Assembly: GCA_900769965.1 (NCBI GenBank)
Contig: CAAGIQ010000065.1
Span: 1-28,048, forward strand
Reading direction: 5' to 3'
Length of the DNA stretch: 28,048 bases
DNA from: Bacilli bacterium
GTDB taxonomy: Bacteria; Bacillota_I; Bacilli_A; RFN20; CAG-288
Shown here: piece after piece, positions 1 to 9,459 of the stretch
Layout: each line of letters opens with the position of its first letter
How positions within the stretch are numbered: position 1 is the first letter of the stretch
The notes under the pieces: generated by a model
Told to the model about the DNA's origin: nothing
Database searches by the model: none
The model's input: only the letters and a program-made list of their open reading frames with translations
Made by a program: the position numbers and the translations under genes

Positions 1-196
1 CAATAACTCCTTCAAATCTCTCATTTTTTAGTGTTTGAAAAAAATTTACTGATTCGTTGCATTTACTATTTCAATTAACAGAATTTTTTAGAAAAATTTT
101 GTTTGAAGTTTTTCTGTTTAATGCATCAATTTCAAATGCTTTGTTATTTTATAATAACTAGTAAAATAAGGCAAGGTCTTTTTACTAAAAAACTAC

Positions 197-237
197 AAAA
201 AATCCACTAGTTTCTATTGAGTGTGAAGCTAGTGGAT
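197..237 (-). terminator. Intrinsic terminator of the aldehyde dehydrogenase gene
   Basis: Minus-strand stem ATCCACTAGCTTC...GAAACTAGTGGAT followed by a T run, about 35 nt after the ALDH stop. Confidence 0.75.
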
Positions 238-270
238 ATATATTTCTATATATATGTAGTAAATGACCTA

Positions 271-1638
271 TTATTTAACTACTTTTCTAATCATCTTTTC
301 CTTCTTATTAGAATATGGATGATATCTAAGCGATAGATCTAGATAGGTCTTATGATCCAAAATTCCTTTCGCATGTGTGAAAGTATCAAACGATTTCTTT
401 CCATGGTATTGCCCCATTCCCGATTGCTTCAATCCGCCGAATGGTAAAGCGTTATTTGAAAGGTGCATTAAACAATCATTAGCGCATCCAGCTCCAAATC
501 TAACTTGCTCAAACACCCTATTTATCTCTTTCTTATCGCTTGAGTAGATATATAAAGCTAAAGGGGTTTGGCGTGCATTTACTTCATTTATAACTTCATC
601 GATAGAAGAGAAAGTTATAACTGGAAGAATAGGTCCAAATATCTCATCTTCCATCACTTTGGATTTAAATGTAGCGTCAACTAATGTTAGCTCTACTTTT
701 GTCTCACTACACTTCCCTCCTAAAATAAGATGATCTTTTTCAGCTTCTATTAATTCTTTTAATCTTAATACGTTCTTCTCGTTGACAATCTTTGGGAATT
801 CCTCGTTTTCAATAAATTCGCCGTTAAACTGAATCTTTATTTCCTCTTTAAATAACTTTATGAAATCATCTTTTATCGATTCATCTATCAACAAGTAATC
901 TGGAGCCACACAAGTTTGACCTGCGTTAACAGCTTTTCCAAAAAGTATTCTTCTTGCAGCGATTCTTAAATCGCATGACTTAGTTACAATACAAGGAGAT
1001 TTTCCTCCAAGTTCAAGGACGCATGGAGTAAGGTTATTCGCTGCATGCGCTAAAACTTTTTTGCCTATGTTTGGAGAACCTGTAAAGAATATCAAATCGA
1101 AATCTAAATCTAACAATATATCAGCGATATCTCTTCCGCCTTTTACGCAGCAAAGATATTTAGAATCGAATTCTTCGTTTATGATTTTCTCTATTACTTC
1201 TGTGACATTCTTTGTCTGGGACGAAGGTCTAATCATACATGTATTTCCACCTTCAATAGCACCTACTAGTGGCTGAATGGTAAGAAGGAAAGGATAGTTC
1301 CACGGAGACATGATCATCGTTACCCCATAAGGTTCTTTATAGATGTAACTTCTAGATGGAAAAGCAGCTAAACAGGTACTCACCACATCTCTTTTCATCC
1401 ATCTTTTTAGATGTTTTAAAGAGTGAGAAATCTCTTCGTATACCAAACCTATTTCAGTCATATACGCTTCTTGGCTGGATTTATTTAAATCCTTTTTTAA
1501 AGCTTCTAAAAGTAAAGCTTCATTTCTCTTAATGCTATCTTTTAATTTGATAAGCATCTTTCTTCTAAACTCATATGAAAGAGTTTCATGAGTTAAAAAA
1601 TATTCCTTTTGACTTTGGAAAACTTGTTTTACGTCCAT
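271..1638 (-). CDS. NAD(P)-dependent aldehyde dehydrogenase (ALDH3/YwdH-like)
   Basis: PWNYP, FTGS, LELGGKSP (catalytic Glu), GQTCVAPDY (catalytic Cys), EIFGPILP and PFGG motifs; GGAGG RBS upstream. Confidence 0.93.
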   Translation of the reverse strand: MDVKQVFQSQKEYFLTHETLSYEFRRKMLIKLKDSIKRNEALLLEALKKDLNKSSQEAYMTEIGLVYEEISHSLKHLKRWMKRDVVSTCLAAFPSRSYIYKEPYGVTMIMSPWNYPFLLTIQPLVGAIEGGNTCMIRPSSQTKNVTEVIEKIINEEFDSKYLCCVKGGRDIADILLDLDFDLIFFTGSPNIGKKVLAHAANNLTPCVLELGGKSPCIVTKSCDLRIAARRILFGKAVNAGQTCVAPDYLLIDESIKDDFIKLFKEEIKIQFNGEFIENEEFPKIVNEKNVLRLKELIEAEKDHLILGGKCSETKVELTLVDATFKSKVMEDEIFGPILPVITFSSIDEVINEVNARQTPLALYIYSSDKKEINRVFEQVRFGAGCANDCLMHLSNNALPFGGLKQSGMGQYHGKKSFDTFTHAKGILDHKTYLDLSLRYHPYSNKKEKMIRKVVK

Positions 1639-1655
1639 ATAATTAACCTCCTAAC

Positions 1656-1678
1656 AAAAAAGGACCAATAAAGGCCCT
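1656..1678 (-). terminator. Possible weak intrinsic terminator after the Sel1-repeat gene
   Basis: Minus strand AGGGCC-TTTATT-GGTCCT followed by TTTTT. Confidence 0.5.
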
Positions 1679-2642
1679 AACTATGTAATTTATAAGCGAA
1701 AACGTCACCGCGAATCTTATCTACTCTTCTAATGGCTTCCTTGGCTTTTTCATCACCTCTAGAAGCAGCGGATTGATAGTAGAAATAAGCTTTATCGTAA
1801 TCTTGATCAACATATTTGCCTTCAAAATAGACATCGCCTAAAAAACATAAAGCTTCTTTCAAGCCGGCTTTTGCAGCTTGATAGATCTTATTCAAACCTA
1901 AAGAGATGTTTTTAGACGAAGATAAGGTACCAATCAATATGTTATATCCTAATAAGTACTTAGCTTTAATAGAGCCTAATTCCTCAGCTTTTTGATAGAA
2001 GAGATAAGCGAGGTTAACATCCTTTTCAACAACTACGCCTTCTAAATAGGCATTACCTAAATAGATGCAAGCTCTAATATTACCGTTATCAGCTTCTCTT
2101 TTTATCGAATCAACTATTTCGATATTCTCGTATTTGTCTTGTTGATCGTTAAGTTGAGAAATCAAATTAACTAATCTGTCATAAGATGAGGAATCGATGT
2201 CTTCTTCTTTTTCCTCTTTTTGAATCTCTTTTAAAGTAGCTTTAGCTTCTTCTAAAGATAAAGCGTCATAGCTATCCGCTAATTCGTTAAGAGTCTTAAC
2301 CTTTTCATCATCCTTAACGAAATCGCAAAGAGGAATATCGTAATATTTAGCGAGATATCTCGTCGCTAAAGAATCGTGATTTTCAATAGAAAGCTTTTCG
2401 AGCATCGGGTAAGCCTTTTTTAATATCTTGTTCCCTTTTTTTAACTCGACGTTAATATCTTTATAACCGGTAGCTAAAATGAAACCGAGCAAAAAAATCG
2501 CTTTCGGATTATTCAACTTAGCAGCTTTTTTTAAAGGCTTAACAAACTTCATGTCAGTTTGTAAAGAATCCTTGCTTTCACTTTGCAAAGCTCTGTAGCC
2601 TTCTTCAAATAGCAATTCGCTTCTTTCTAAATCGACTTTCAA
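1677..2642 (-). CDS. Sel1-like (SLR/TPR) repeat protein
   Basis: Repeated Sel1 signatures: ACIYLGNAYLEGVVVEKDVNLAYLFYQKAEELG and ALCFLGDVYFEGKYVDQDYDKAYFYYQSAASRG; TTG start with GAGAGG RBS. Confidence 0.85.
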   Translation of the reverse strand: MKVDLERSELLFEEGYRALQSESKDSLQTDMKFVKPLKKAAKLNNPKAIFLLGFILATGYKDINVELKKGNKILKKAYPMLEKLSIENHDSLATRYLAKYYDIPLCDFVKDDEKVKTLNELADSYDALSLEEAKATLKEIQKEEKEEDIDSSSYDRLVNLISQLNDQQDKYENIEIVDSIKREADNGNIRACIYLGNAYLEGVVVEKDVNLAYLFYQKAEELGSIKAKYLLGYNILIGTLSSSKNISLGLNKIYQAAKAGLKEALCFLGDVYFEGKYVDQDYDKAYFYYQSAASRGDEKAKEAIRRVDKIRGDVFAYKLHS

Positions 2643-2727
2643 CTTCTAAGCCTCTCTTTCTATATAAATTATATAAAAGAAAAGGTGTAAATGAAATACA
2701 ATTTTTTCGAATAGTCTCTTTTGTTAT

Positions 2728-3414
2728 CTAGTCAGTGAATTTATAAACAATTTTATTAGATATCAAAGAATAAATCTCATTTTCAGTAACGATTAAGTTA
2801 TCTATCAACTTGAGTTTAAACGCTTTTAGTTGAGATTTTAGTATATCGTTTATCCTTTCATCTTCTTTAGATGGTAGATGATTGGCGGAAGGATGATTAT
2901 GAATTAGCAAGACATATGTCGCTTCATTTTTTAAAGCTGATTTAATTATTTCCCTCGATTCAAAATAAACCTTATCTTGCGAGTCTGACTCCTTAAGTTC
3001 AAAACTAATAACGTTCTTAGCTTTATCTAGATATATAACTTTTAGCTTCTCGTTAGTAAGATAGCGCATGTCCTGAGTAATTAAAGGATAGAATAAAGGT
3101 TCATCATAAGTGGTTTTATATAGATAACTATCTTTGATTCTTTTACCTAACTCAACACTAGCTAAAAGCTTTAAGGCCTTCGCTTTCTTTATCCCTTTAA
3201 TCTTGCTTAATTCAAAGCATGATATCGTTTCTAACTTTTCAACTCCACCTATCTCATTAATTAATCGAGAGGATAAAGTAACAACATCCTCATTATGGTT
3301 ACCACATTGGATGATAATGGCAATTATCTCCGCATCTGAAAGAGACTTCATCCCGTGAAGCAGCGCTTTTTCACGTGGCTTACAAGAGGAAGGTAGTTCT
3401 TTAAATATCATCAC
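2728..3414 (-). CDS. radC: RadC family protein (HhH + JAB/MPN domain); start is GTG at 3414 or ATG at 3411
   Basis: N-terminal KPREK...LSDAEIIAII, HhH IKGIKKAKA and JAMM motif HNHPS...PSKED. Confidence 0.88.
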   Translation of the reverse strand: MMIFKELPSSCKPREKALLHGMKSLSDAEIIAIIIQCGNHNEDVVTLSSRLINEIGGVEKLETISCFELSKIKGIKKAKALKLLASVELGKRIKDSYLYKTTYDEPLFYPLITQDMRYLTNEKLKVIYLDKAKNVISFELKESDSQDKVYFESREIIKSALKNEATYVLLIHNHPSANHLPSKEDERINDILKSQLKAFKLKLIDNLIVTENEIYSLISNKIVYKFTD

Positions 3415-3599
3415 TTACCCCATTTGAAAACGAAGCCACCAGGTAAAGTCACATCTCCTTTAGCCGATACAAAAAACCTATAACAAATTACCGCTACTAT
3501 CGCTATAGCTAATATAGCCATCACTCCAGTAAGAGTTATAGCTTCTCCACCCTTAATCTCTTTGCATTCTTCATCAGATAATACTCTTAATTCTTCCAT
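3411..3599 (-). CDS. 62-aa double-glycine-leader peptide (class II bacteriocin/pheromone-like precursor)
   Basis: Start reassigned to ATG 3599 because AAGGAGG lies upstream. Leader MEELRVLSDEECKEIKGG fits LSxxE(L)xxIxGG and is followed by a 44-aa hydrophobic, cationic core. The stop overlaps the radC start. Confidence 0.75.
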   Translation of the reverse strand: MEELRVLSDEECKEIKGGEAITLTGVMAILAIAIVAVICYRFFVSAKGDVTLPGGFVFKWGK

Positions 3600-3648
3600 A
3601 AAAATATCCTCCTTCACTTCTTATTAGGAGCAAAAGGAGGATTTTTTT
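3600..3648 (-). promoter_or_regulatory. Hairpin between valS and the peptide gene (valS terminator and/or RBS sequestrator)
   Basis: Perfect inverted repeat ATCCTCCTT (3606-3614) / AAGGAGGAT (3634-3642); on the minus strand the 3' arm is the peptide's Shine-Dalgarno and is followed by ATTTTT. Confidence 0.65.
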
Positions 3649-3652
3649 AAAA

Positions 3653-6220
3653 TTATTTTAGATATTTAGCTAATTCTTCTTCGTTAGCCTTTAACTTTTC
3701 TCGCTCTTTGTTAACTAGGGCTTCAGGAGCTTTCTTTACAAAGGCAGGATTATTTAACATCTTTGAAGATCTTTCGATTTCCTTTTTTAGAATTTCGATT
3801 CTCTTGTTGATTTCAGAGCTATCTTCTTTCTTAGCTTCATAAGAGACTTTTAAGCCTATCTTCGAGAAGTAAACTAGACCTTTTTCCTCTTCTTTAAGCA
3901 AGGTCAAAGAGGAAGCAAAACACAATCTAGAAAGGTAATCTTTCACTTCGTCAAAGTCATTTTTTGAAGCGAATAAGGATAAATCAACTTTGTAGTTAGG
4001 TTCTAAAGAAGCGTTAACTTTGATCTGACGGACATGCTTGATCATCTCGACGATAGAAGCGCCAATCTTATCTTTAGTTAATCTCTTCTTGAGTTTAGAT
4101 GGGTATTCTTCTTCATAGATGCTCTTCTTATGTTTTGGAAGATGGAGATAAATGTCTTCTGCGATAAATGGTGTGAATGGGAACAAGGCGATTAGCAAGC
4201 GTTTTAAAACGTCGTACAAGACATTTTTAACAACCTTTACTCTCTCTTCATCTTTCTTTAAATCAATTTTTGCAAATTCGATGTAGTTGGAGCAGAAAAT
4301 ATCGTAGATAAAGTTATATAGATACTTGCTAGCTTGACCTAGCTCGTACTTATCCATGTTCTTCTTAACCGCTTCGATAGTAGAATTGAAATTCTTATAT
4401 AAGTATTGATCAGCTGCGCTTAACTTCAACTTACTAACATCTTCAACAGGTTCAAAGTCATCGCCTAAGTTAATCAAGATATATCTTGAAGCGTTCCAAA
4501 TCTTATTTAAGAATGTTGAGGAAGATTTAATCTTATCCATTCCGAAGGACATATCTAAACCAGGAGTAACAGTAGTTGCTAAAGCGTATCTTAAAGAGTC
4601 GACTCCATACTCTTTAACAACATCGATTGGATCGATACCGTTACCTAAAGATTTAGACATCTTGCGGCCGAATTCATCTCTAACTAAACCGTGAATAAAG
4701 CAATCTTTAAAAGGCATATTTTTAGTAAAATGTACCGCTTGGAAAGCCATTCTTGCAACCCAGAAGAAGATGATATCGTAGGCGGTAACTAGAAGCGAAG
4801 TTGGATAATATCTCTTGTAGTAAGGATCGTTAACATCTGGCCAATTCTGCAAAGCAAATGGAGACAAAGCAGAAGAGAACCAAGTATCTAATACATCCTC
4901 ATCTTGGTAGTACTCGTTCTCGTCTAACTTCTCTAATGAACAGACAATTTCGCCAGTTTTCTTAGAGTAGTAGATTGGAATTCTATGACCCCACCAAAGT
5001 TGACGTGAGATGCACCAGTCATCGACTTCCTCCAACCAACGCTTAAAGATCTTATTAAATCTCTTCGGATAGAAATTGATCTTATCTTCGCTGTTTTGAA
5101 GCTTTAATGCCGCTTCTGCTAAAGGTTTCATCTTGATAAACCATTGTTTAGAAAGATATGGTTCGACTACAGTATCCGATCTTTCAGAGTGACCGACGCT
5201 GTGGACTATATTCTCAATCTTTTCTAAATCGCCGTTCTTTTCGATATCCTTTACTAAAGCTTCCCTACACTCATATCTATCCATACCTTGATATTTATGA
5301 GCAAGTTCGTTCATAGTGCCGTCTTTATTCATACAAAGAGGCATACTTAACTTATGACGCTTAGCAATCTCAAAGTCGTTAGGATCGTGAGCTGGAGTAC
5401 ATTTCATAAGTCCAGTACCGAATTCGATATCGACATAGCGATCAGCTATCATTATTAACTTTTCACCGTTAGCTGGGTTAATCACATATTTGCCTTCAAG
5501 ACCTTTATATCTTTCATCGTTCGGATTGAAGACGACACAGACATCACCAAACATCGTCTCTGGTCTAGTAGTAGCGATGACAAAATATTTTGAAGGATCA
5601 TCGTAAAGATGATAACGGAAGTAATAGAATTTACCTTCGATATCTTTATGGATTACTTCGATATTCGATAGAGCTGTCTGTAAGATTGGATCCCAGTTGA
5701 TGATTCTTTCACCTTGGTAAATAAGCCCTTCATCGTAAAGGTCTTTAAAGACTTTTTTAACTGCTTCATCGGTCTTCTCATCAAGAGTAAACCTCTCTCT
5801 TTTATAGTCCATGCCAATACCTAAACACTTCCATTGGTCATGGATATAAGAAGCGCTATCCTCTTTAAACTTCCAGACGATTTTTAAGAATTCCTCACGT
5901 CCAATTTTATATTTATCAATTCCATCCTTTTTAATTAAAGCTTCGACTTTGGCTTGAGTAGCGATACCAGCATGATCGGTACCCGGAGTGAACTCTACGT
6001 CATATCCCATCAAATTCTTATATCTTGCGATGATATCTAGTATCGATGTATTTAAAGCGTGACCGATATGGAGATGGCCGGTAACGTTTGGTGGGGGAAC
6101 TATCATCGAAAACGGCTTTTTAGATGAATTTACATCGCAATCAAAATAATTATTGTCTTTCCAGAAATCAAACTTTCCCTCTTCGGAAAGCACATGGGAG
6201 TAACTCTTTGCTAATTCCAT
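3653..6220 (-). CDS. valS: Valine--tRNA ligase
   Basis: PPPNVTGHLHIGH (HIGH), DHAGIATQ, DWCISRQLWWGHRIP, KMSKSLGN and C-terminal coiled coil; preceded by a Val T-box. Confidence 0.98.
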   Translation of the reverse strand: MELAKSYSHVLSEEGKFDFWKDNNYFDCDVNSSKKPFSMIVPPPNVTGHLHIGHALNTSILDIIARYKNLMGYDVEFTPGTDHAGIATQAKVEALIKKDGIDKYKIGREEFLKIVWKFKEDSASYIHDQWKCLGIGMDYKRERFTLDEKTDEAVKKVFKDLYDEGLIYQGERIINWDPILQTALSNIEVIHKDIEGKFYYFRYHLYDDPSKYFVIATTRPETMFGDVCVVFNPNDERYKGLEGKYVINPANGEKLIMIADRYVDIEFGTGLMKCTPAHDPNDFEIAKRHKLSMPLCMNKDGTMNELAHKYQGMDRYECREALVKDIEKNGDLEKIENIVHSVGHSERSDTVVEPYLSKQWFIKMKPLAEAALKLQNSEDKINFYPKRFNKIFKRWLEEVDDWCISRQLWWGHRIPIYYSKKTGEIVCSLEKLDENEYYQDEDVLDTWFSSALSPFALQNWPDVNDPYYKRYYPTSLLVTAYDIIFFWVARMAFQAVHFTKNMPFKDCFIHGLVRDEFGRKMSKSLGNGIDPIDVVKEYGVDSLRYALATTVTPGLDMSFGMDKIKSSSTFLNKIWNASRYILINLGDDFEPVEDVSKLKLSAADQYLYKNFNSTIEAVKKNMDKYELGQASKYLYNFIYDIFCSNYIEFAKIDLKKDEERVKVVKNVLYDVLKRLLIALFPFTPFIAEDIYLHLPKHKKSIYEEEYPSKLKKRLTKDKIGASIVEMIKHVRQIKVNASLEPNYKVDLSLFASKNDFDEVKDYLSRLCFASSLTLLKEEEKGLVYFSKIGLKVSYEAKKEDSSEINKRIEILKKEIERSSKMLNNPAFVKKAPEALVNKEREKLKANEEELAKYLK

Positions 6221-6242
6221 ACTTTTTCTCCTTTTCTAACAA

Positions 6243-6447
6243 ATAAAAAAATCCTCTACTTGAGGACGAAATATTCGCGGTACCACCTCAATTCGTGAAG
6301 ATTCTTCACGCACTTATAACAAGTTTAACGTTTACCATAAACGGGTTTCCACCATGCTCCAAGACGACCATACCTAAGCTATCATATCTTTTCTCAGCTT
6401 CAAGACTCTCTGTGATGCTTCGCTTAGATAACCTTCTCTTCAACGCT
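6243..6447 (-). promoter_or_regulatory. T-box riboswitch (Val) upstream of valS
   Basis: T-box AATTGAGGTGGTACCGCG, stem I with GA/K-turn motif, AGAGA and GCTG distal motifs, Val codon GUC (6368-6366) at the specifier position, terminator TCCTC-AAGTA-GAGGA + T run. Confidence 0.92.
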
Positions 6448-6452
6448 CTTTT

Positions 6453-6482
6453 ATGATAGCAAAATATGACATTTATTTTCAA
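6453..6482 (-). promoter_or_regulatory. Sigma-A-like promoter of the T-box/valS leader
   Basis: TTGAAA-18 nt-TATCAT with extended TG, immediately upstream of T-box stem I. Confidence 0.65.
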
Positions 6483-6486
6483 CACT

Positions 6487-6528
6487 AAAAAAGAGGATAG
6501 AAGACCTATATAAAGGTCTAATATCCTC
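6487..6528 (-). terminator. Terminator of lon-engB
   Basis: Interrupted stem GAGGATA..AGACCT / AGGTCT..TATCCTC followed by a T run on the minus strand, starting at the engB stop. Confidence 0.7.
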
Positions 6529-7094
6529 TAACTTAACCTAGTAGAAATATCTCCTCTTAACTCTTTGATGCCTAGTTCTTCACTAGATGAGGTAAAAAAG
6601 CAGGTTCTATCTTTAAAATAAAGATCTCTTTCCTTCTTTATAGCGCTCTTCTCCTTTTGATTCAACTTATCAAATTTAGTAAAGACTATAACGAATTCGA
6701 TTTGGTTTTCGTTTAATAAATCGATTATAGCAAGATCATCTTCAGACACCTTTCTACGCGAATCTAGAAGAAGATAAGCGCAGACAAGTTTCTTTTTAGA
6801 AAGAGAAAAGTAATCTAACATCATGTCTTCAAAATTAAACGAAGCATCTTTGTAATAGCCATACCCCGGAGCGTCAACTAAATACGCTCTATTTTCTAAA
6901 AGAAAATAGTTAAGCATCTTCGTACATCCAGGAGTTTTAGAAACGTATACTAGTTTCTTATTCGAGCAGAGAGAATTGATCAAAGATGATTTACCGACAT
7001 TCGATTTTCCTAGAAAACAAACTTGCTTTTTATCGAGAAGAAAATCCTTTTTAGTCGGAGCGGACTTAACAAACTTCGCACTCGCTAGATTCAT
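6528..7094 (-). CDS. engB: Ribosome biogenesis GTPase YsxC/YihA/EngB
   Basis: G1 GKSNVGKSS, SKTPGCT, DAPGYGY and G4 TKFDK; directly after lon. Confidence 0.95.
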   Translation of the reverse strand: MNLASAKFVKSAPTKKDFLLDKKQVCFLGKSNVGKSSLINSLCSNKKLVYVSKTPGCTKMLNYFLLENRAYLVDAPGYGYYKDASFNFEDMMLDYFSLSKKKLVCAYLLLDSRRKVSEDDLAIIDLLNENQIEFVIVFTKFDKLNQKEKSAIKKERDLYFKDRTCFFTSSSEELGIKELRGDISTRLS

Positions 7095-9459
7095 CTTTCA
7101 CCTTGATATTTTTTGCAAGAAATGGATTTGTAACAAAAGCGTAGTTACAAGCTTCTTTAACATTCTCTACTTCGATGATATTTAAGCCATCTTTAACTTC
7201 TTGAGGAAGTTCTTCGACATCTTTATGGTTGTCTTTTGGAACTAGGATAGTCTTCAATCCTTCTCTTAAAGCAGCTAGCGATTTCTCTCTTAAGCCACCT
7301 ATAGGCATCGAGTTACCACGAAGATCAACTTCACCAGTCATACCGACATCGCTTCTTAATGGAAGGTTTGTACAGCAGGACAAGATAAGTAAAGATAAAG
7401 CGACACCAGCTGAAGGACCATCTTTTGGAACAGCACCTTCTGGAGCGTGGATGTGGAAGTCGTTTTCCTTGAAGAAATCCATATTTACTCCGCATTGAGG
7501 AGCAACAGACTTAACATAGGAAAAAGCAGCACGAGCTGATTCTTCCATAACCTTACCTAAGTTACCGGTGATAAGTACTTGACCAGTTCCTTTGTAATTA
7601 GTTATTTCAATAGGTAATATTTCTCCGCCGAAATCGGTGTAAGCAAGTCCATTAACGACACCGACTTGATCTTTAGATAAGTTTTTGGTGTGGTTATAGA
7701 TAGGTTTACCGAGATATTCTTCGATGATTTCTTTAGTCACTTCTATATGAGCATCATCTCTCTTCTCTCCTTTTGTAAGGAAAGAAACAGCAAACTTACG
7801 CATTATAGAACCGATCTTTCTTCTTAATTCTCTAACACCAGCTTCCATGGTGTAGTTTTCGATTAAGTAGAACATGGATTCTGGAGTAAAGGAGATATTC
7901 TCCTTTTTTAAGCCATTAGCTTCTAATTCAAGCGGAATTAAATGCTCGAAAGCAATGTGATATTTCTCGTATTTAGTGTAAGTATTTAACTCGATCAATT
8001 CCAATCTATCTCTTAGAGGAGCAGGAATGTCTTTGATGTTGTTAGCGGTACAGATAAATAAGACGTTAGAAAGATCAAAAGTTTCTTCGAGATAATTATC
8101 TTGGAATCTGACGTTTTGCTCTGGATCTAAAACTTCTAAGAGAGCAGAAGCAGGATCGCCGTGATAGCCTCCATCTCTTAACTTGTCGATTTCATCGAGG
8201 AGCATAACTGGGTTATTAACTCCAACTCTATTTAAATTAGCGATGATTTTACCTGGCATGGCCCCGACATAGGTACGTCTATGACCTCTAATTTCCGATT
8301 CATCGGAAATACCGCCTAAAGCGATTTTAACAAACTTTCTGTTTAGTGCCTTGGCTATTGAAATAGCTAAGCTAGTTTTACCAGTTCCTGGAGGTCCATA
8401 TAGACAGAGGATAGGCGATTTAAGCGAATGAGTTAATTCCTTAACTGCAAGATATTCTAGAATTCTTTCCTTCTGTTTAACTAATCCGTAATGGTCATCG
8501 TCGAGAACTTTCTTAACTTTAACCATATCGCTGTTATCATCGGTGTGAGCAACCCATGGAAGTTTGATTAAAATGTCTAGATAAGTCTTAATAACTGCCG
8601 CTTCTTGAGAAGCTCCTGGCATGGTTTTAAGCCTTGTCATCTCACTTTTAACTTTGGCTTTAACCGATTCAGGATAGTTGCCATCTTTATCTTCTAACAC
8701 TTTATTGTAGAGATCTTCATCAGTTGGTCCATCAAATTCTTTAAGTTCATCTTTTAGAGCTTTCATCTTCTCTCTCAAGATGAATTCTTTCTGGTTGTTC
8801 TCGATGGCTTTTTCAACTTTAGCGTTGATTCTATTCTCGATTTCTGGATCGCTATTTAAAGTATTAACTTTCGTAGATACGAATTTAAGACGTCCTTGAG
8901 GGTCTCTATTACGTAACAAAGTCAACTTATCATCGTGTGAAAGATTTAAGAAGAAAGCGAGGTAATAGGAAGGCTCGTATTTATTAAGTTCTTCATCCGA
9001 TGGGAACTTTGGAAGACCTTTAAGCTTCTTAGTTAAAGCTTCGTAGCGATTTTTTATCTCCTTAATAAATGGAGCTAACATAAAGCTATCGACTTGAACG
9101 TTATCGACCAAGTTACCGGTTCCGACGATGATAGGTGATTCTTCTAATACTCTAGCACCGCTTAAGAAAGCGACTTGTTCAGCGGTAAATTCAACCTTAT
9201 AACTCGTCTTATATTTGACGATTCTATCAATCTTACAAACAACAGCAATAGGTTCAACTGAAGAGAGAGTATCTTCGCCTAAACCATCCGAGAAAACAAA
9301 ATCTTTAGTCGTTGGGCAAAACAAGAAATATTGATTAGCCGATAAGAAATTGAACAATGATTTCGAATATTCGTCGTACACTCTAATCTTGTAAGACAAT
9401 GTAGGAAGAGGAATATCTTTGGAATCTGGATACATAGGTAAAATGAATTCTTTTTCCAT
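7066..9459 (-). CDS. lon: ATP-dependent Lon protease (start reassigned to ATG 9459, 797 aa)
   Basis: Walker A GPPGTGKTS, GHRRTYVGAMPG, Walker B LLDEIDK, catalytic PKDGPSAG and GGLREK; AAGGAG RBS precedes MEKEF rather than the longer ORF-track start. Confidence 0.96.
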   Translation of the reverse strand: MEKEFILPMYPDSKDIPLPTLSYKIRVYDEYSKSLFNFLSANQYFLFCPTTKDFVFSDGLGEDTLSSVEPIAVVCKIDRIVKYKTSYKVEFTAEQVAFLSGARVLEESPIIVGTGNLVDNVQVDSFMLAPFIKEIKNRYEALTKKLKGLPKFPSDEELNKYEPSYYLAFFLNLSHDDKLTLLRNRDPQGRLKFVSTKVNTLNSDPEIENRINAKVEKAIENNQKEFILREKMKALKDELKEFDGPTDEDLYNKVLEDKDGNYPESVKAKVKSEMTRLKTMPGASQEAAVIKTYLDILIKLPWVAHTDDNSDMVKVKKVLDDDHYGLVKQKERILEYLAVKELTHSLKSPILCLYGPPGTGKTSLAISIAKALNRKFVKIALGGISDESEIRGHRRTYVGAMPGKIIANLNRVGVNNPVMLLDEIDKLRDGGYHGDPASALLEVLDPEQNVRFQDNYLEETFDLSNVLFICTANNIKDIPAPLRDRLELIELNTYTKYEKYHIAFEHLIPLELEANGLKKENISFTPESMFYLIENYTMEAGVRELRRKIGSIMRKFAVSFLTKGEKRDDAHIEVTKEIIEEYLGKPIYNHTKNLSKDQVGVVNGLAYTDFGGEILPIEITNYKGTGQVLITGNLGKVMEESARAAFSYVKSVAPQCGVNMDFFKENDFHIHAPEGAVPKDGPSAGVALSLLILSCCTNLPLRSDVGMTGEVDLRGNSMPIGGLREKSLAALREGLKTILVPKDNHKDVEELPQEVKDGLNIIEVENVKEACNYAFVTNPFLAKNIKVKDESSECEVC

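Noticed and set aside
1..20. GAAGGAG RBS on the minus strand at the left edge
   Set aside because: Implies a gene starting at or beyond position 1, but no coding sequence is available to call
1677..2642. Sel1 protein as immunity factor for the GG peptide
   Set aside because: It is separated from radC by 85 nt containing its own TATAAT; nothing beyond proximity supports the idea
3411..3599. Peptide as a type IV prepilin (A-ITLTGVMAILAI resembles G-FTLIE)
   Set aside because: It lacks Phe+1/Glu+5 and a basic prepilin leader; the GG-leader pattern fits better
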